From contig CAVTTN010000002.1 in assembly GCA_963737655.1 (NCBI GenBank), positions 5,472,001 to 5,536,000 on the forward strand: 64,000 nt of DNA, in the 5' to 3' direction. Source of the stretch: an uncultured Planctomycetota bacterium. Lineage in GTDB: Bacteria > Planctomycetota > Planctomycetia > Isosphaerales > Isosphaeraceae. Within the stretch, counting starts at the first letter, position 1. Every line of letters starts with the position of its first letter. Below are positions 1-9,908 of this stretch, in pieces. The position numbers and the translations under genes are program-made. The notes below the pieces were generated by a model. It did not search any database. It saw only the letters and a program-made list of their open reading frames with translations, and was not told where the DNA came from.

Positions 1-230
1 CGGTCGTTTCACGGCCGATCCCGGATGATTCCGCGCGATCTTACCAGCGCCCGAGGCGGCCCGATATCGAGTTCTCCGGCCGGGAACGGCGGCTCGATCC
101 CGGCCACCCGGCGGCTCCGGGATCGAGGGCGATCCGCCCTCCCGGTGCGGTGGCCCCGATTCTCGGGACCTTTCTGGTATGCTCGTCCCCGGGCCCGAGT
201 CCGTCGGGCGGGCGATGTGCGGAGGGGGCC

Positions 231-1996
231 ATGTCCGGTCGGGATGGGGGTTTGCGGTGTTGGCGGTCCCGTCGTCTGGTCGGGCTGGGGACCGGGTTCG
301 CCTTGCTGGTGATCGCTGCGGCGGTGGTCCCTCCGTGGCTCTCGGCGGTCGTCCCGTGGGTGGCGGTCCGTCGGTGGATGACCTCCGCCCTGGAGGGATT
401 GATCGACGTTTATCCGCTGATCGTGGCGGTTGGCGTCCTGGCCCTGGTCGGCACGGGCGCCGTCCTGATCCGGGGACGACGCTCGGGGCAGACTCGGCCG
501 AGGCTGGCGAGGGTGTTCTCGCTGGGCCTGGCGACGCTCTTCGGCCTCGGGCTGGCCGAGGCGGGGGCGGGGGCCCGGCGGTCCTGGAAAAAGCCCGAGG
601 TCCGGCCGTCCGGCGCCGATCGGCGGATGGAGGTGGTGGTCCCTCCGGTCCGGTTCGGGGAACGATCGGGCGATGGAGACCTCTGCGTGACGGTCCTGGG
701 CGAGTCGAGCGCCGAGGGGCCCCTTATGAGATGCGGCTGTCGATGGGCAAGATCCTGGCGTGGAAGCTGGGCGAGGCGATCCCGGGCCGACGGTTCCACT
801 GCGAGCCCCTGGCGTATCGCGGCGACACCCTGGAGCGTCAGCAGGGCCGATTGGACGGCCTGCCCCATCGCCCGGACTTGCTGGTGATTTATTGTGGACA
901 TAATGAATTCGCCTCGCGCTACGCCTGGTCTCGCGAGGTGGAGTATTACCTCGACGAGAAACCCCCGACGAAGACGAGGGGCCTCGGCGGGGCGGCCCGG
1001 CGGTTCTCTCCCCTGTGCTCGTTGATGGACGAGGTGGCCGAGGCGCTGAGCGTGGCGACGCCCCCCCTGCCCCACGCTCGGCGTCCTCTGGTGGAGACGC
1101 CCAACTTCACGAAGGACGAGGCGGAGGCCCGCCGGATCGACTTCCGCCGGAGGCTCGACGCGATCCTCGACGGGTGCGAAACCTCGGGCATCCCGGCGGT
1201 CGTGGTGATCCCCCCGGCCAACGATGCCGACTTCGAGCCCAGCCGCTCCTTCCTGGCGCCGACGACCCCCCGGGCCGAGCGCGACGCCTTCTCGGCCGAG
1301 TTCCGGGCCCTCCGGGGCCGCGAGGATTCCGACCCGTCCGGGGCGGTCGCCGGCTATCGCGGGCTGATCGGCCGCCACCCCGAGTTCGCCGAGGCCCACT
1401 TCCGCCTCGCCCGGTTGCTGGACCGTCGCAAGCTGGGCTCGGGGGAGGAGGCGTACGAGCATTACGTCGCCGCCCGGGACCGCGACGGCATGCCCATGCG
1501 ATGCAGCCGCGAATTCCAGGAAGAATGCCGGAAGGCGGCCCAGACGCACCACGTCCCCGTCGTCGATGGCCAGGCCCTCTTCCATCAGATCGGGCCGAAT
1601 GGCCAGCTCGACGACCATCTGTTCCACGACGCGATGCATCCGACCCTGCTCGGGCACGTCGCGCTGTCGCGGGCCGTCCTGGAGGCGCTCCGAGGCCGAG
1701 GCGTGTTCGGCTGGCCGGCGACGACGCCCGTCCCGGCCTTCGATCCCGCCTCGTGCGCCGAGCATTTCGGCCTCGGGATGAGCGAATGGCGGATCATCGC
1801 CGAGAGGGCCCAGGTGTTCTACCACTCGACCGCCCCCCTGCGGTACGACCCGACCGAGCGCTGGGCCAAGAAGAACGCCTACCAGGAGGCCGCGAAACGG
1901 ATTGCCGCCGGAAAGCCGCCCGAAAAGCTCGGCCTGCCGAACCTCGGCCTGCCGTCTCCGGCGAAATCGGCCGGGGGAAGCCCTCCCGGGGGATGA
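231..1996 (+). CDS. SGNH/GDSL-like hydrolase with N-terminal TM helices and TPR-like region (frameshift near 718)
   Basis: TM-rich N-terminus ending LGESSAEG (ORF 150-887) continues in another frame as PYE..YCGHNEF..FHDAMHPT (SGNH blocks I, III, V). Confidence 0.7.
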
Positions 1997-2117
1997 CCGG
2001 CCGCCGCCCCGGGCGAAATCGGACAAATGTCAGAGACACCCCTGGACCGGGCCTCGGGACGGCGTATGATCCCCTCGTGGGACAATTGTCCGAGGCGGCG
2101 GGACGGGGGGTCGTGCG

Positions 2118-3017
2118 ATGAGCAGGACGCGACTGGCCTTCTATGGTGTGGGGGCGATGGCGGCGATCGTCGCCGGTCTCGGCGGGCGGGCGCTGGTCGG
2201 CCGGGCGGGGACTCCGGCGCCCCTGGCGACGGTGGGGATCGTGCCGAGGGGCGGGTCGCTGATGATCTGCGGAGGGGGACCGCTCCCCGAGTCGGTCCGC
2301 CGCCGGTTCCTGGAGCTGGCCGGAGGGGAGAAGGCCCGGATCGTGGTGATCCCCACGGCGCTCTCCTGGGCCGAGTCCCCCGAGAACGACGCGAACTTCC
2401 TCAAGCCCTGGCGAGACCTGGGCGCCGGGTCGGTCACGACGCTCCACACCCGGGACCGCAACCGGGCCAACGACCCGCGGTTCCTCGCCCCGTTGCGCGA
2501 GGCCACCGGCGTCTGGATCACCGGAGGCCACCAGTCCCGGCTGGCCGAAGCCTATGGAGGAACGGCCGTCGAGCGAGAGCTCAAGGCGGTGGTCGAGCGA
2601 GGGGGGATCGTCGGCGGGACCTCGGCCGGGGCGGCGATCATGACGAGGGTCATGCTGGTGGAGGAGACGCCCGGGGCGCCTCTCGGACGAGGTTTCGACC
2701 TCCTCGAAGGGGCGATCATCGACCAGCACTTCCTCAAGAGGCGGCACCTGAAGCGGCTGATCGAGGCCACCGAAGCGAACCCCGGCCTGATCGGCCTGGG
2801 GATCGACGAAGGGACGGCCTTGCTCGTCCGGGGCCGCCGCCTGGCCGTCCTGGGCGATTCCTACGTGGTCCTCTGCCTCCCCAAACCGACGGAAAGCGGC
2901 TCAATCCGGGTCGAAATCCTCCGAAGCGGAGACGAGGCGGACCTGAACTCGCTCCGAGGCCCGGCGCCGAGGATCGTTTCGGGGTTGAATATCGACCATA
3001 TTTCAGTCAATGAATAA
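2118..3017 (+). CDS. Cyanophycinase-like peptidase (S51 family) with N-terminal hydrophobic segment
   Basis: ICGGG, WITGGHQ, GTSAGA, DQHF and GIDE motifs. Confidence 0.85.
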   Translation: MSRTRLAFYGVGAMAAIVAGLGGRALVGRAGTPAPLATVGIVPRGGSLMICGGGPLPESVRRRFLELAGGEKARIVVIPTALSWAESPENDANFLKPWRDLGAGSVTTLHTRDRNRANDPRFLAPLREATGVWITGGHQSRLAEAYGGTAVERELKAVVERGGIVGGTSAGAAIMTRVMLVEETPGAPLGRGFDLLEGAIIDQHFLKRRHLKRLIEATEANPGLIGLGIDEGTALLVRGRRLAVLGDSYVVLCLPKPTESGSIRVEILRSGDEADLNSLRGPAPRIVSGLNIDHISVNE

Positions 3018-3153
3018 TTAAATGATCGATGGATAGTTCACACCATCATGAATCGGCCAAGATCCGCCGAAATCGATCGGAGGGGCGCCGCCTCGAACTT
3101 TCTTCCCCGATCCTCCGCTTTCGTCGCCGGGTTCGTCGCGGTAGATTGGCCGT

Positions 3154-3651
3154 ATGGAGACGGTCTATCTCGAAACGTCGGTCGTCAGCCATGCGACGGC
3201 TCGGCCGAGCGGCGATCCGGCCGTATTCGTGTTGCAGAGGCAGGCCCGAGAGTGGTGGGCGAGGGTGAGGCCGAGGTACTTCGTCGTCACGTCCCAACTG
3301 GTCCTGGACGAGGCCGCCCTCGGAGACCCGTCCGCCGCGGCCGAACGGGGGAAGCTGCTGGCGGATCTGCCCCTGGTCCCGATCGATCGCAAGGTCGAGG
3401 CCGTGGCCGAGGCGTTGATCGCCCGCTCTTTGATCCCCGAAAAGGCTCGGCTTGATGCGCTGCACGTTGCCGCGGCCGCCGTGGGCTCCGTACAATTCCT
3501 GTTGACCCAGAATTGTCGGCATATCGCCAATGCTCATGTTCTACCCCGGGTCTATCGCGCCCTGGACGATCTGGGCTACCCGGGACTTCTGATTTATACG
3601 CCCGCGGAATTCCTGGGAGGTCTCGACGATGACTCGGAATCCGATCCTTGA
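3154..3651 (+). CDS. PIN-domain (VapC-like) toxin
   Basis: VYLETSVVS...DALHVAAA...LLTQNCRHIAN...IYTPAE. Confidence 0.85.
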   Translation: METVYLETSVVSHATARPSGDPAVFVLQRQAREWWARVRPRYFVVTSQLVLDEAALGDPSAAAERGKLLADLPLVPIDRKVEAVAEALIARSLIPEKARLDALHVAAAAVGSVQFLLTQNCRHIANAHVLPRVYRALDDLGYPGLLIYTPAEFLGGLDDDSESDP

Positions 3652-3862
3652 GGAACTCCACGAGATCCGCGAGACGCTTCTGGCCGACGCGGGTGGTGAC
3701 CTCCAGCGCTTCTTGGCCGGCGTCCGCGAGCGTGAGGCCGCTTCCGGACGTCTGCTCGGGCCGTCGGTGGGGGCGGATTCCTCGTTGGCCCCGAGCGTGG
3801 CTGGTCCTTGCGTGGAGCCCTCGGTACTCGCCGTTGAGCCTTCGCGATCGGCTCCGAAATGA
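3629..3862 (+). CDS. Small putative antitoxin partner of the PIN protein
   Basis: Overlaps the PIN gene end; NPILEELHEIRE...GGDL pattern typical of small ORFs following this PIN family. Confidence 0.55.
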   Translation: MTRNPILEELHEIRETLLADAGGDLQRFLAGVREREAASGRLLGPSVGADSSLAPSVAGPCVEPSVLAVEPSRSAPK

Positions 3863-3972
3863 CGACGGTTTGCGCTTCGAGCTCGTTCCTCGCCGGGTCG
3901 GGTGGTGGTTTCTCGGGCCGGATTGGGTATGATCGGCGGCTCGTTGGATCGATCCTCTTGCCGTGAATCGCG

Positions 3973-4332
3973 ATGACCAAACTTTGCCCGTATTGCGCCG
4001 AGGAGATCAAGTCCGAGGCGGTCAAGTGCAAGCATTGCGGGTCGTGGGTCGATGGTCGGCCCGAGGGGCCGGTTCATGCGATCGACTCGGCCCCTCATGC
4101 CGATCCGTCGGCGATGCCGTTTGCCAAGAGGCGGCTGGTCCGGTCGTCCTCGGACTCGATGATCTCGGGGGTTTGCGGGGGGATCGGGCATTACCTGGGG
4201 ATCGACCCGACGTTGATCCGGGTGGCCTATGTCGTGGGGACGATCTTCACGGCCGTGATCCCGGGGGTCCTGGTGTATCTCGGGCTCTGGCTGGTGATCC
4301 CCAAGGACATTCATGCGGGCGGGATCTCTTGA
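3973..4332 (+). CDS. PspC-domain protein with N-terminal zinc ribbon
   Basis: CPYC..CKHC, then LVRSSSDSMISGVCGGIGHYLGIDPTLIRV. Confidence 0.9.
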   Translation: MTKLCPYCAEEIKSEAVKCKHCGSWVDGRPEGPVHAIDSAPHADPSAMPFAKRRLVRSSSDSMISGVCGGIGHYLGIDPTLIRVAYVVGTIFTAVIPGVLVYLGLWLVIPKDIHAGGIS

Positions 4333-4366
4333 TCGCCGACCCCCCGGGATGGGAGAATCTCCGGCG

Positions 4367-4636
4367 ATGACGACCCGGACCGGCCTGATCTTGCGGACGG
4401 TCGGCCCCCTGATCGAGATCCTCTGCCTCTCGGCCCTGTTCCGGCTGGGGGGCGAGGATCGCCCGATCGGCGGGTTCTCGCTCCGCGGCCTCCTGCTGAT
4501 GGGGATGGCCGCCGGGCTCGCGATGGTCGTGGCCGGGCTCGCCTTGCCGAGGAAGACGTACCGGTCCCGCAAGCCCTCCGACGACGAGGAAAACGGCCGG
4601 GGGCCCAAGGATACGGACATTCGCCTTCGCCTTTGA
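4367..4636 (+). CDS. Small hypothetical membrane protein
   Basis: Two hydrophobic segments; GGGAGA RBS before ATG. Confidence 0.55.
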   Translation: MTTRTGLILRTVGPLIEILCLSALFRLGGEDRPIGGFSLRGLLLMGMAAGLAMVVAGLALPRKTYRSRKPSDDEENGRGPKDTDIRLRL

Positions 4637-4763
4637 TCGGATCGAAACAGCACGGATCAGAACGGAACGACCACCCTTCTCTCCCGCCCTCGCGGCCTGA
4701 TCGCCCCGACCTCTCCCCCGGGCCGGGCCGCGAATCGTCCCATCCCGCAATCGTCGAGGTCCC

Positions 4764-5516
4764 ATGACGCCAGTTCCCCAGCTCGAGCGGGTCGATGGCG
4801 AGGGCGCCCTGGACGTCGGCCCGCCGAAGACGGCGGCTCGCGTCTATCGGTATTATGACCTGATCATGGCCGCGTTCGTGACGGTCCTGCTCTGCACCAA
4901 CCTGATCTCGGCGCCGAAGCGGGTGAGCCTCGGCGGGTTCACGTTCGGCGCCGGCGTGTTGTTCTTCCCGATCAGCTACCTGTTCGGAGACATCCTCACC
5001 GAGGTCTACGGCTACGCGAGGTCTCGCAAGGTGGTCTGGGCGGGGTTCGGGGCCCTGGTGTTCGCCACGATCGTGACCCAGGTGGTGCTGAACATGCCGG
5101 CCGACCCGTCGTGGAAGAACCAGGAGGCGTTCAAGGCGGTGTTCGGCGGGACGTGGCGGATCGTCCTGGCGTCGATGATCGGCTATTTCGCCGGGGAGTT
5201 CGTCAACTCGTTCACCCTGGCCAAGATGAAGGTCGCCACGAAGGGCCGGTTCCTCTGGATGAGGACCATCGGCTCGACGATGACCGGCGAGGCGGCCGAT
5301 TCGCTCCTGTTCTACCCCGTGGCGTTCCTCGGGATGCCCAGTTGGCCGGTCGAAAAAGTGCTCACGGTGATGGTCACGAACTACTGTTTGAAGGTAGCTT
5401 GGGAAATCCTGGCCACGCCGATGACGTATGGGATCGTCGGGTTCCTCAAGAAGGCCGAGTCCGAGGATTATTACGATATCCACACCGATTTCACGCCGTT
5501 TTCCCTCAAGACGTAG
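4764..5516 (+). CDS. Queuosine precursor transporter (VUT/YhhQ family)
   Basis: FPISYLFGDILTEVYG, RIVLASMIGY, WMRTIGST motifs. Confidence 0.9.
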   Translation: MTPVPQLERVDGEGALDVGPPKTAARVYRYYDLIMAAFVTVLLCTNLISAPKRVSLGGFTFGAGVLFFPISYLFGDILTEVYGYARSRKVVWAGFGALVFATIVTQVVLNMPADPSWKNQEAFKAVFGGTWRIVLASMIGYFAGEFVNSFTLAKMKVATKGRFLWMRTIGSTMTGEAADSLLFYPVAFLGMPSWPVEKVLTVMVTNYCLKVAWEILATPMTYGIVGFLKKAESEDYYDIHTDFTPFSLKT

Positions 5517-5668
5517 GGTGCATGAAATGCACCAACCACGCGGCGGCCACCGGGCCGCCTTCCTTTGTTCGCGTCCCCTGGTTTGGGTGGGTTGGGCGAA
5601 TCGCCCAGGGATCGGTAGGCGGCCCGGTGGCCGCCTCGGGTGAGTTTGGTGCATTTCATGCACCCTAC
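5513..5668. repeat. REP doublet (REPIN-like), family GTAGGGTGCATGAAATGCACC
   Basis: 21-mer at 5513 and its reverse complement at 5648-5668, with complementary inner arms. Confidence 0.9.
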
Positions 5669-5678
5669 GGGTGATCTC

Positions 5679-6247
5679 ATGCTCACACTGCTGATGATGG
5701 TCGTCCTGGAGGGCCCCGCGACGAGCCGTTGCGGGCCGAGCTCAAGGCGATGGTCTCGGCCGATCAGGACGCCCGGAAGGCCGCGATCGCGTCGAAATTC
5801 GAGGACAAGAAGGCCATTGAGGCGATGCAGGCGATCGACCGGAAGAACACGACGAGGCTCAAGGCGATCGTCGAGGAGAAGGGCTGGCCGGGGAAGTCTC
5901 TCGTGGGCGAAGATGGCGCCCACGAGGCCTGGCTCCTGGTCCAGCATGCGGACCTCGACCGCCCGTTCCAGAAGAAATGCCTCGACCTGCTGAAGGAGGC
6001 CGTCGCCAAGGAGGAGGCCAAGGGCTCGGACCTCGCGTACCTGACCGACCGCGTCCTCGTGGCCGAGGGGAAGAAGCAGAGGTACGGGACGCAGTTCGTC
6101 GGCCAGGGGGACGCGATGAAGCCCTCGCCGATCGAGGACGAGGCGAACGTGGACCAACGGCGGAAGGAGGTCGGCCTGGGGACGATGGCCGAATATCGCG
6201 AGCGGCTCCGCCAGGTGTATCGAGCCGACCCGGCCAAGAAACCTTGA
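5679..6247 (+). CDS. DUF6624-like protein (frameshift near 5720)
   Basis: DQDAR..GWPGKSLVGEDGAHEAWLLVQHAD..AYLTDR..QRYGTQ; hydrophobic N-terminus lies in an adjacent frame. Confidence 0.75.
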
Positions 6248-6277
6248 GAACCCTCGACTCGAACGGAGTCCCCTCCG

Positions 6278-8115
6278 ATGTGCGGAATCGTCGGCTACAC
6301 CGGCCCCCACGAGGCCACCCCGATCCTCCTGGCCGGCCTGCGGAGGCTCGAATATCGCGGATACGACAGCGCGGGCGTTGCGATCGTCGCCGACGGCCGG
6401 ATGGACGTCCGCAAGAAGGCCGGTCGCGTCCGGATGCTCGAAGAGGCGCTCGACCAGGAGCCGCCCGCGGTTCGTGCGGGATGGGCCACACCCGATGGGC
6501 CACCCACGGGCCTCCCAGCGACCGCAACGCCCACCCCCACGTCGGCGGGACCGGCGAGGTCGCCGTCGTCCACAACGGCGTGATCGAGAACCACTCGGCG
6601 CTCCGCAAGGAGCTGGAATCCGAAGGGTTCCGCTTCCACACCCAGACCGATACCGAGGTCGTCGCCCACCTGATCGCCCGCGAGCTCCGCGACGACCCCG
6701 CGAATGACCTGTTCGCGGCCGTCCAGCGCGCGTTGCCCCACCTCGAAGGGACGTATGGGCTGGCCGTCGTCAGCCCGAAATCGCCGGGCCTGATCGTGGG
6801 CGCAAGGCTGGGCAGCCCGCTGGTCGTCGGCGTGGGCGAGGGGGAGCATTTCCTCGCCAGCGACGCCTCGGCGATCGTCCACCACACGCCCGACGTGGCG
6901 TACTTGCAGGATGGCGAGGTCGTCCGCCTCACGCCCGATGACTTCGAGATCCGCCATCGCGAGCGGGGGCCGATCACGCCGAGGATCGACCGCCTCGACT
7001 GGAAGCCCGACGCCGTCGAGCTCGGCGGGTTCACGCACTACATGCAGAAGGAGATCCACGAGCAGCCGGACACCGTCCGCGACGCCTGCCGAGGCCGCCT
7101 CCGCCGGGCCGAGGCCACCGCCCTCTTCGGCGGCCTGAACATGACCGCCCGGCAACTGCGGAGGGTCCGCCGGGTGGTCTTCGCCGCGTGCGGGACGAGC
7201 TGGCACGCGGCCCTCGTGGGCGAATACCTGATCGAGAGGCTGGCGCATCTGCCCGTCGAGGTGGAATACGCGAGCGAATTCCGATATCGGAACGCCCCTC
7301 TGGATGACCGGACGCTCGTGTTCGTCCTCAGCCAGTCCGGCGAGACGGCCGACACCCTGGGCGCCCTCCGAGAGGCGAAGAGGCGAGGGCACCCGACGTT
7401 GGCGATCGTCAACACGGTCGGGAGCACGATCGCGAGGGAGGCCGACGGCGGGATCTATCTCCACGCCGGGCCCGAGGTCGGCGTGGCGAGCACCAAGGCG
7501 TTCTCGGCCCAGGTGATGGTGTTGACCCTGCTCGCCCTCCAGCTCGGCCGGTTGCGGCACCTGCCCTATACCGACGGCCTCGCGGTCCTCGACGCCATCG
7601 AGGCGGCGCCCGAGGCGATCGCCGCCGCCCTGGCCACCGAGCCCGCGGTGATCGAGGCGGCCGAGGCGATCGCCGGGGGGCGGAGCGTCCTCTACCTCGG
7701 CCGGGACCTGCATTACCCGGTCGCCCTGGAAGGGGCGCTGAAGCTCAAGGAGATCAGCTATCTCCACGCCGAGGGCTACCCCACGGCCGAGATGAAGCAC
7801 GGGCCGATCGCCCTGATCGACCCCTCCACGCCGAGCATCTTCATCGCCCCCAAAGGCCCCCTGCACGCCAAGACGCTCAGCAACATCGAGGAAGTCCGGG
7901 CGAGGAAGGGGCCGGTCCTGTCCGTGGGGACCGAGGGAGACGACGCGCTGAGGTCGATCTCCGACCGCTTCCTCTCCATCCCCGACGTCCCCGAGGTCGT
8001 CCAGCCGCTGGTGGCCGTCATCCCGTTGCAGCTTTTGGCGTATCATGTCGCCAGGTTGAGGGGCTGTGACATCGACAAGCCGCGTAATTTGGCCAAGAGC
8101 GTGACGGTGGAGTGA
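6278..8115 (+). CDS. glmS: Glutamine--fructose-6-phosphate aminotransferase (frameshift near 6470)
   Basis: MCGIVGY..RLEYRGYDSAG, then GHTRWATHG, SQSGETADT, KPRNLAKSVTVE. Confidence 0.97.
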
Positions 8116-8260
8116 CGCGGAGCGACGAGGGGAATCGGGCGAGGGGCGAGCTTCGCGAAGTTTTTGCTTGATCCGGGGCCGTGGGCTCCGGGACATTGGT
8201 TCGTGTCACCGAGGCCGCCGTTCGTCGGCCTCTCGACCGACGGTCCCGGGAGGCCGCTTC

Positions 8261-8584
8261 ATGTCCGCCCCGATCGCGACACGCATCAGTAAGAAGACGT
8301 TCGTCGTCAATCGCCAGAATTGCTTCTACGTCCGAGGCAAGAATTTCCTCAAGGCCAGCCTCGTCTCGGTCAAGGCCGACCAGTTCTCCTGGGTCCGGGT
8401 GTGGATGGACCCCGTGATCGACGACGATTGCGTCCTGATCCGGGGGATGCCCCGGTTCAACAACCTCCCTCAGCCGAAGCCGACCTCGACGACCCTCTCC
8501 GACGACCGGATCGTCATCACTCTGGCCGTCGGCGACAACGTCGGCGTCTATGACGTGGATGTGAAGTACAAATTCATCCCCTGA
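8261..8584 (+). CDS. Small IPT/TIG-like (Ig-fold) protein A
   Basis: GGGAGG RBS; PIATRIS..YVRGKNF..W..RGMP..IVITL..KY pattern shared with neighbours. Confidence 0.6.
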   Translation: MSAPIATRISKKTFVVNRQNCFYVRGKNFLKASLVSVKADQFSWVRVWMDPVIDDDCVLIRGMPRFNNLPQPKPTSTTLSDDRIVITLAVGDNVGVYDVDVKYKFIP

Positions 8585-8618
8585 TCGAATCGCGGCCCCA
8601 AGCCCCGGGAGACGATCC

Positions 8619-8972
8619 ATGAGCGTGCCGAACCCGACCACGTTGACGGCGAAGAATACGGACGCGAAGTACACCTCGGGCTCCGACGGGGTGTTCTGGG
8701 TCGATGGGGACACCTTATTGCCCTATACGTCGATCCAGATCAACGAGACGAAGGCGAGCGGGTGGACCTGGACCGATATCTACATCGATACGGCGGCCTC
8801 GTCCGCGGCCCACCTGGTCGTCCACGCCACGCCGTGGGAGACGATGGGCGGAGGGACCGACGGCGACGAGTCCAAGGACCACCCGTTCCTGCCGGGGGAC
8901 GTGCTGATCGTGGTCAGCAACGACGACGGCGCGAGCACGACCAACCCCCACACCCAGATCACCTATTACTGA
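8619..8972 (+). CDS. Small IPT/TIG-like protein B
   Basis: WVDGDTL..WTW..HATP..PGDVLIVVSNDDG..TYY. Confidence 0.65.
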   Translation: MSVPNPTTLTAKNTDAKYTSGSDGVFWVDGDTLLPYTSIQINETKASGWTWTDIYIDTAASSAAHLVVHATPWETMGGGTDGDESKDHPFLPGDVLIVVSNDDGASTTNPHTQITYY

Positions 8973-9068
8973 GCACGAAGCGCCCGATGAGGGCCGATCG
9001 CAGGGCCTCCTCGACGTTCGAGGTGGGCCTCCGCGCGGCCCGTCTATTCCCGGTGAGGAGAACGACCG

Positions 9069-9386
9069 ATGGCCCGGCCCGTCCTCAGCAAGATCGACAG
9101 CAGCACGGACTTTACCTGCGACACGGATACAACAATCCTGATCTCGGGGACCGACCTCGATCACCTCACGGGGGTGGAGATTTCGGCGACCAGTCGGGTG
9201 CACTGGGTGAAGAGTTCGTGGAGCTATCTCCAGAAAAGCAATCAGTTATCCGTCACGGCGATCCCCTGCAAGAGGCACAAGGATGATCTCCTGAAGAAAG
9301 GAGGAGTCCCGGGCGACGTGATCATCGTGGCCAGCAACAACGACGGGTCGGGGACGCTCGGCACCAACGCCACCTACACCGCCTGA
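9069..9386 (+). CDS. Small IPT/TIG-like protein C
   Basis: PVLSKID..ISGTDL..PGDVIIVASNNDGSGTLGTNATY. Confidence 0.7.
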   Translation: MARPVLSKIDSSTDFTCDTDTTILISGTDLDHLTGVEISATSRVHWVKSSWSYLQKSNQLSVTAIPCKRHKDDLLKKGGVPGDVIIVASNNDGSGTLGTNATYTA

Positions 9387-9488
9387 TCCCGATCCGGGGC
9401 GGAACGGGCCCGGGCGCCCGCCCGTTCGGTGGTTTCGCCCCCGCGTGTCCCCTCTCGCCGAACCCCCCTCCGAAACCGAGGCCCGTCG

Positions 9489-9839
9489 ATGGCTCGCCCG
9501 AAGCTCACCATGATCTCCCCTCTCGATTTTCAGATCGATCAGCCGATCACCTTCACGATCGAAGGGGAGAATCTTGACGCCGTGAATTCCATCCATGTCA
9601 GCTCGACCCTGCCGGTCGATTCGCGAGGCCGAAACGTCGTGCAATGGGCAAGCATTCATATTCAAAATAATATGGACGGGAAAATCCGATGCACGGCGAC
9701 CCCGCACCGGGTCCAGCAGGTGATGGCCGGGTGCGAGGGGGTGCCCGTGGTCGCCGCCTTACCGGGCGACGTGATCGTGGTGGCCGACGGCGGCGGCGGC
9801 TCGGCGACTCTGGGCACCAACGCAACGTATAACGGCTAA
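9489..9839 (+). CDS. Small IPT/TIG-like protein D
   Basis: PKLTMISP..TIEGENL..PGDVIVVADGGGGSATLGTNATY; paralog of C. Confidence 0.7.
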   Translation: MARPKLTMISPLDFQIDQPITFTIEGENLDAVNSIHVSSTLPVDSRGRNVVQWASIHIQNNMDGKIRCTATPHRVQQVMAGCEGVPVVAALPGDVIVVADGGGGSATLGTNATYNG

Positions 9840-9907
9840 AATTCCGAACACCCGAGGGGACGGACCCTTCGTCCAGGAAGGGCCCGTCCCATTTCTTGTT
9901 CGGAATT
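9840..9907. terminator. Hairpin between convergent genes (possible bidirectional terminator)
   Basis: AATTCCGAACA...TGTTCGGAATT outer stem and GGGACGGACCCTTC/GAAGGGCCCGTCCC inner stem fill the intergenic gap. Confidence 0.55.
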
Positions 9908-9908
9908 G

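Noticed and set aside
4637..4763. preQ1 riboswitch upstream of the queuosine precursor transporter
   Set aside because: No recognisable preQ1 stem or A-rich tail.
5428..5993. Short ORFs containing MHEMH/CMKCT/HFMHP peptides
   Set aside because: These are translations of the REP sequence, recurring at every REP locus.
6278..8115. glmS as a pseudogene, programmed frameshift or ribozyme-controlled gene
   Set aside because: Both halves are intact, frameshifts are frequent across the window, and the ~30-nt upstream gap leaves no room for a glmS ribozyme.
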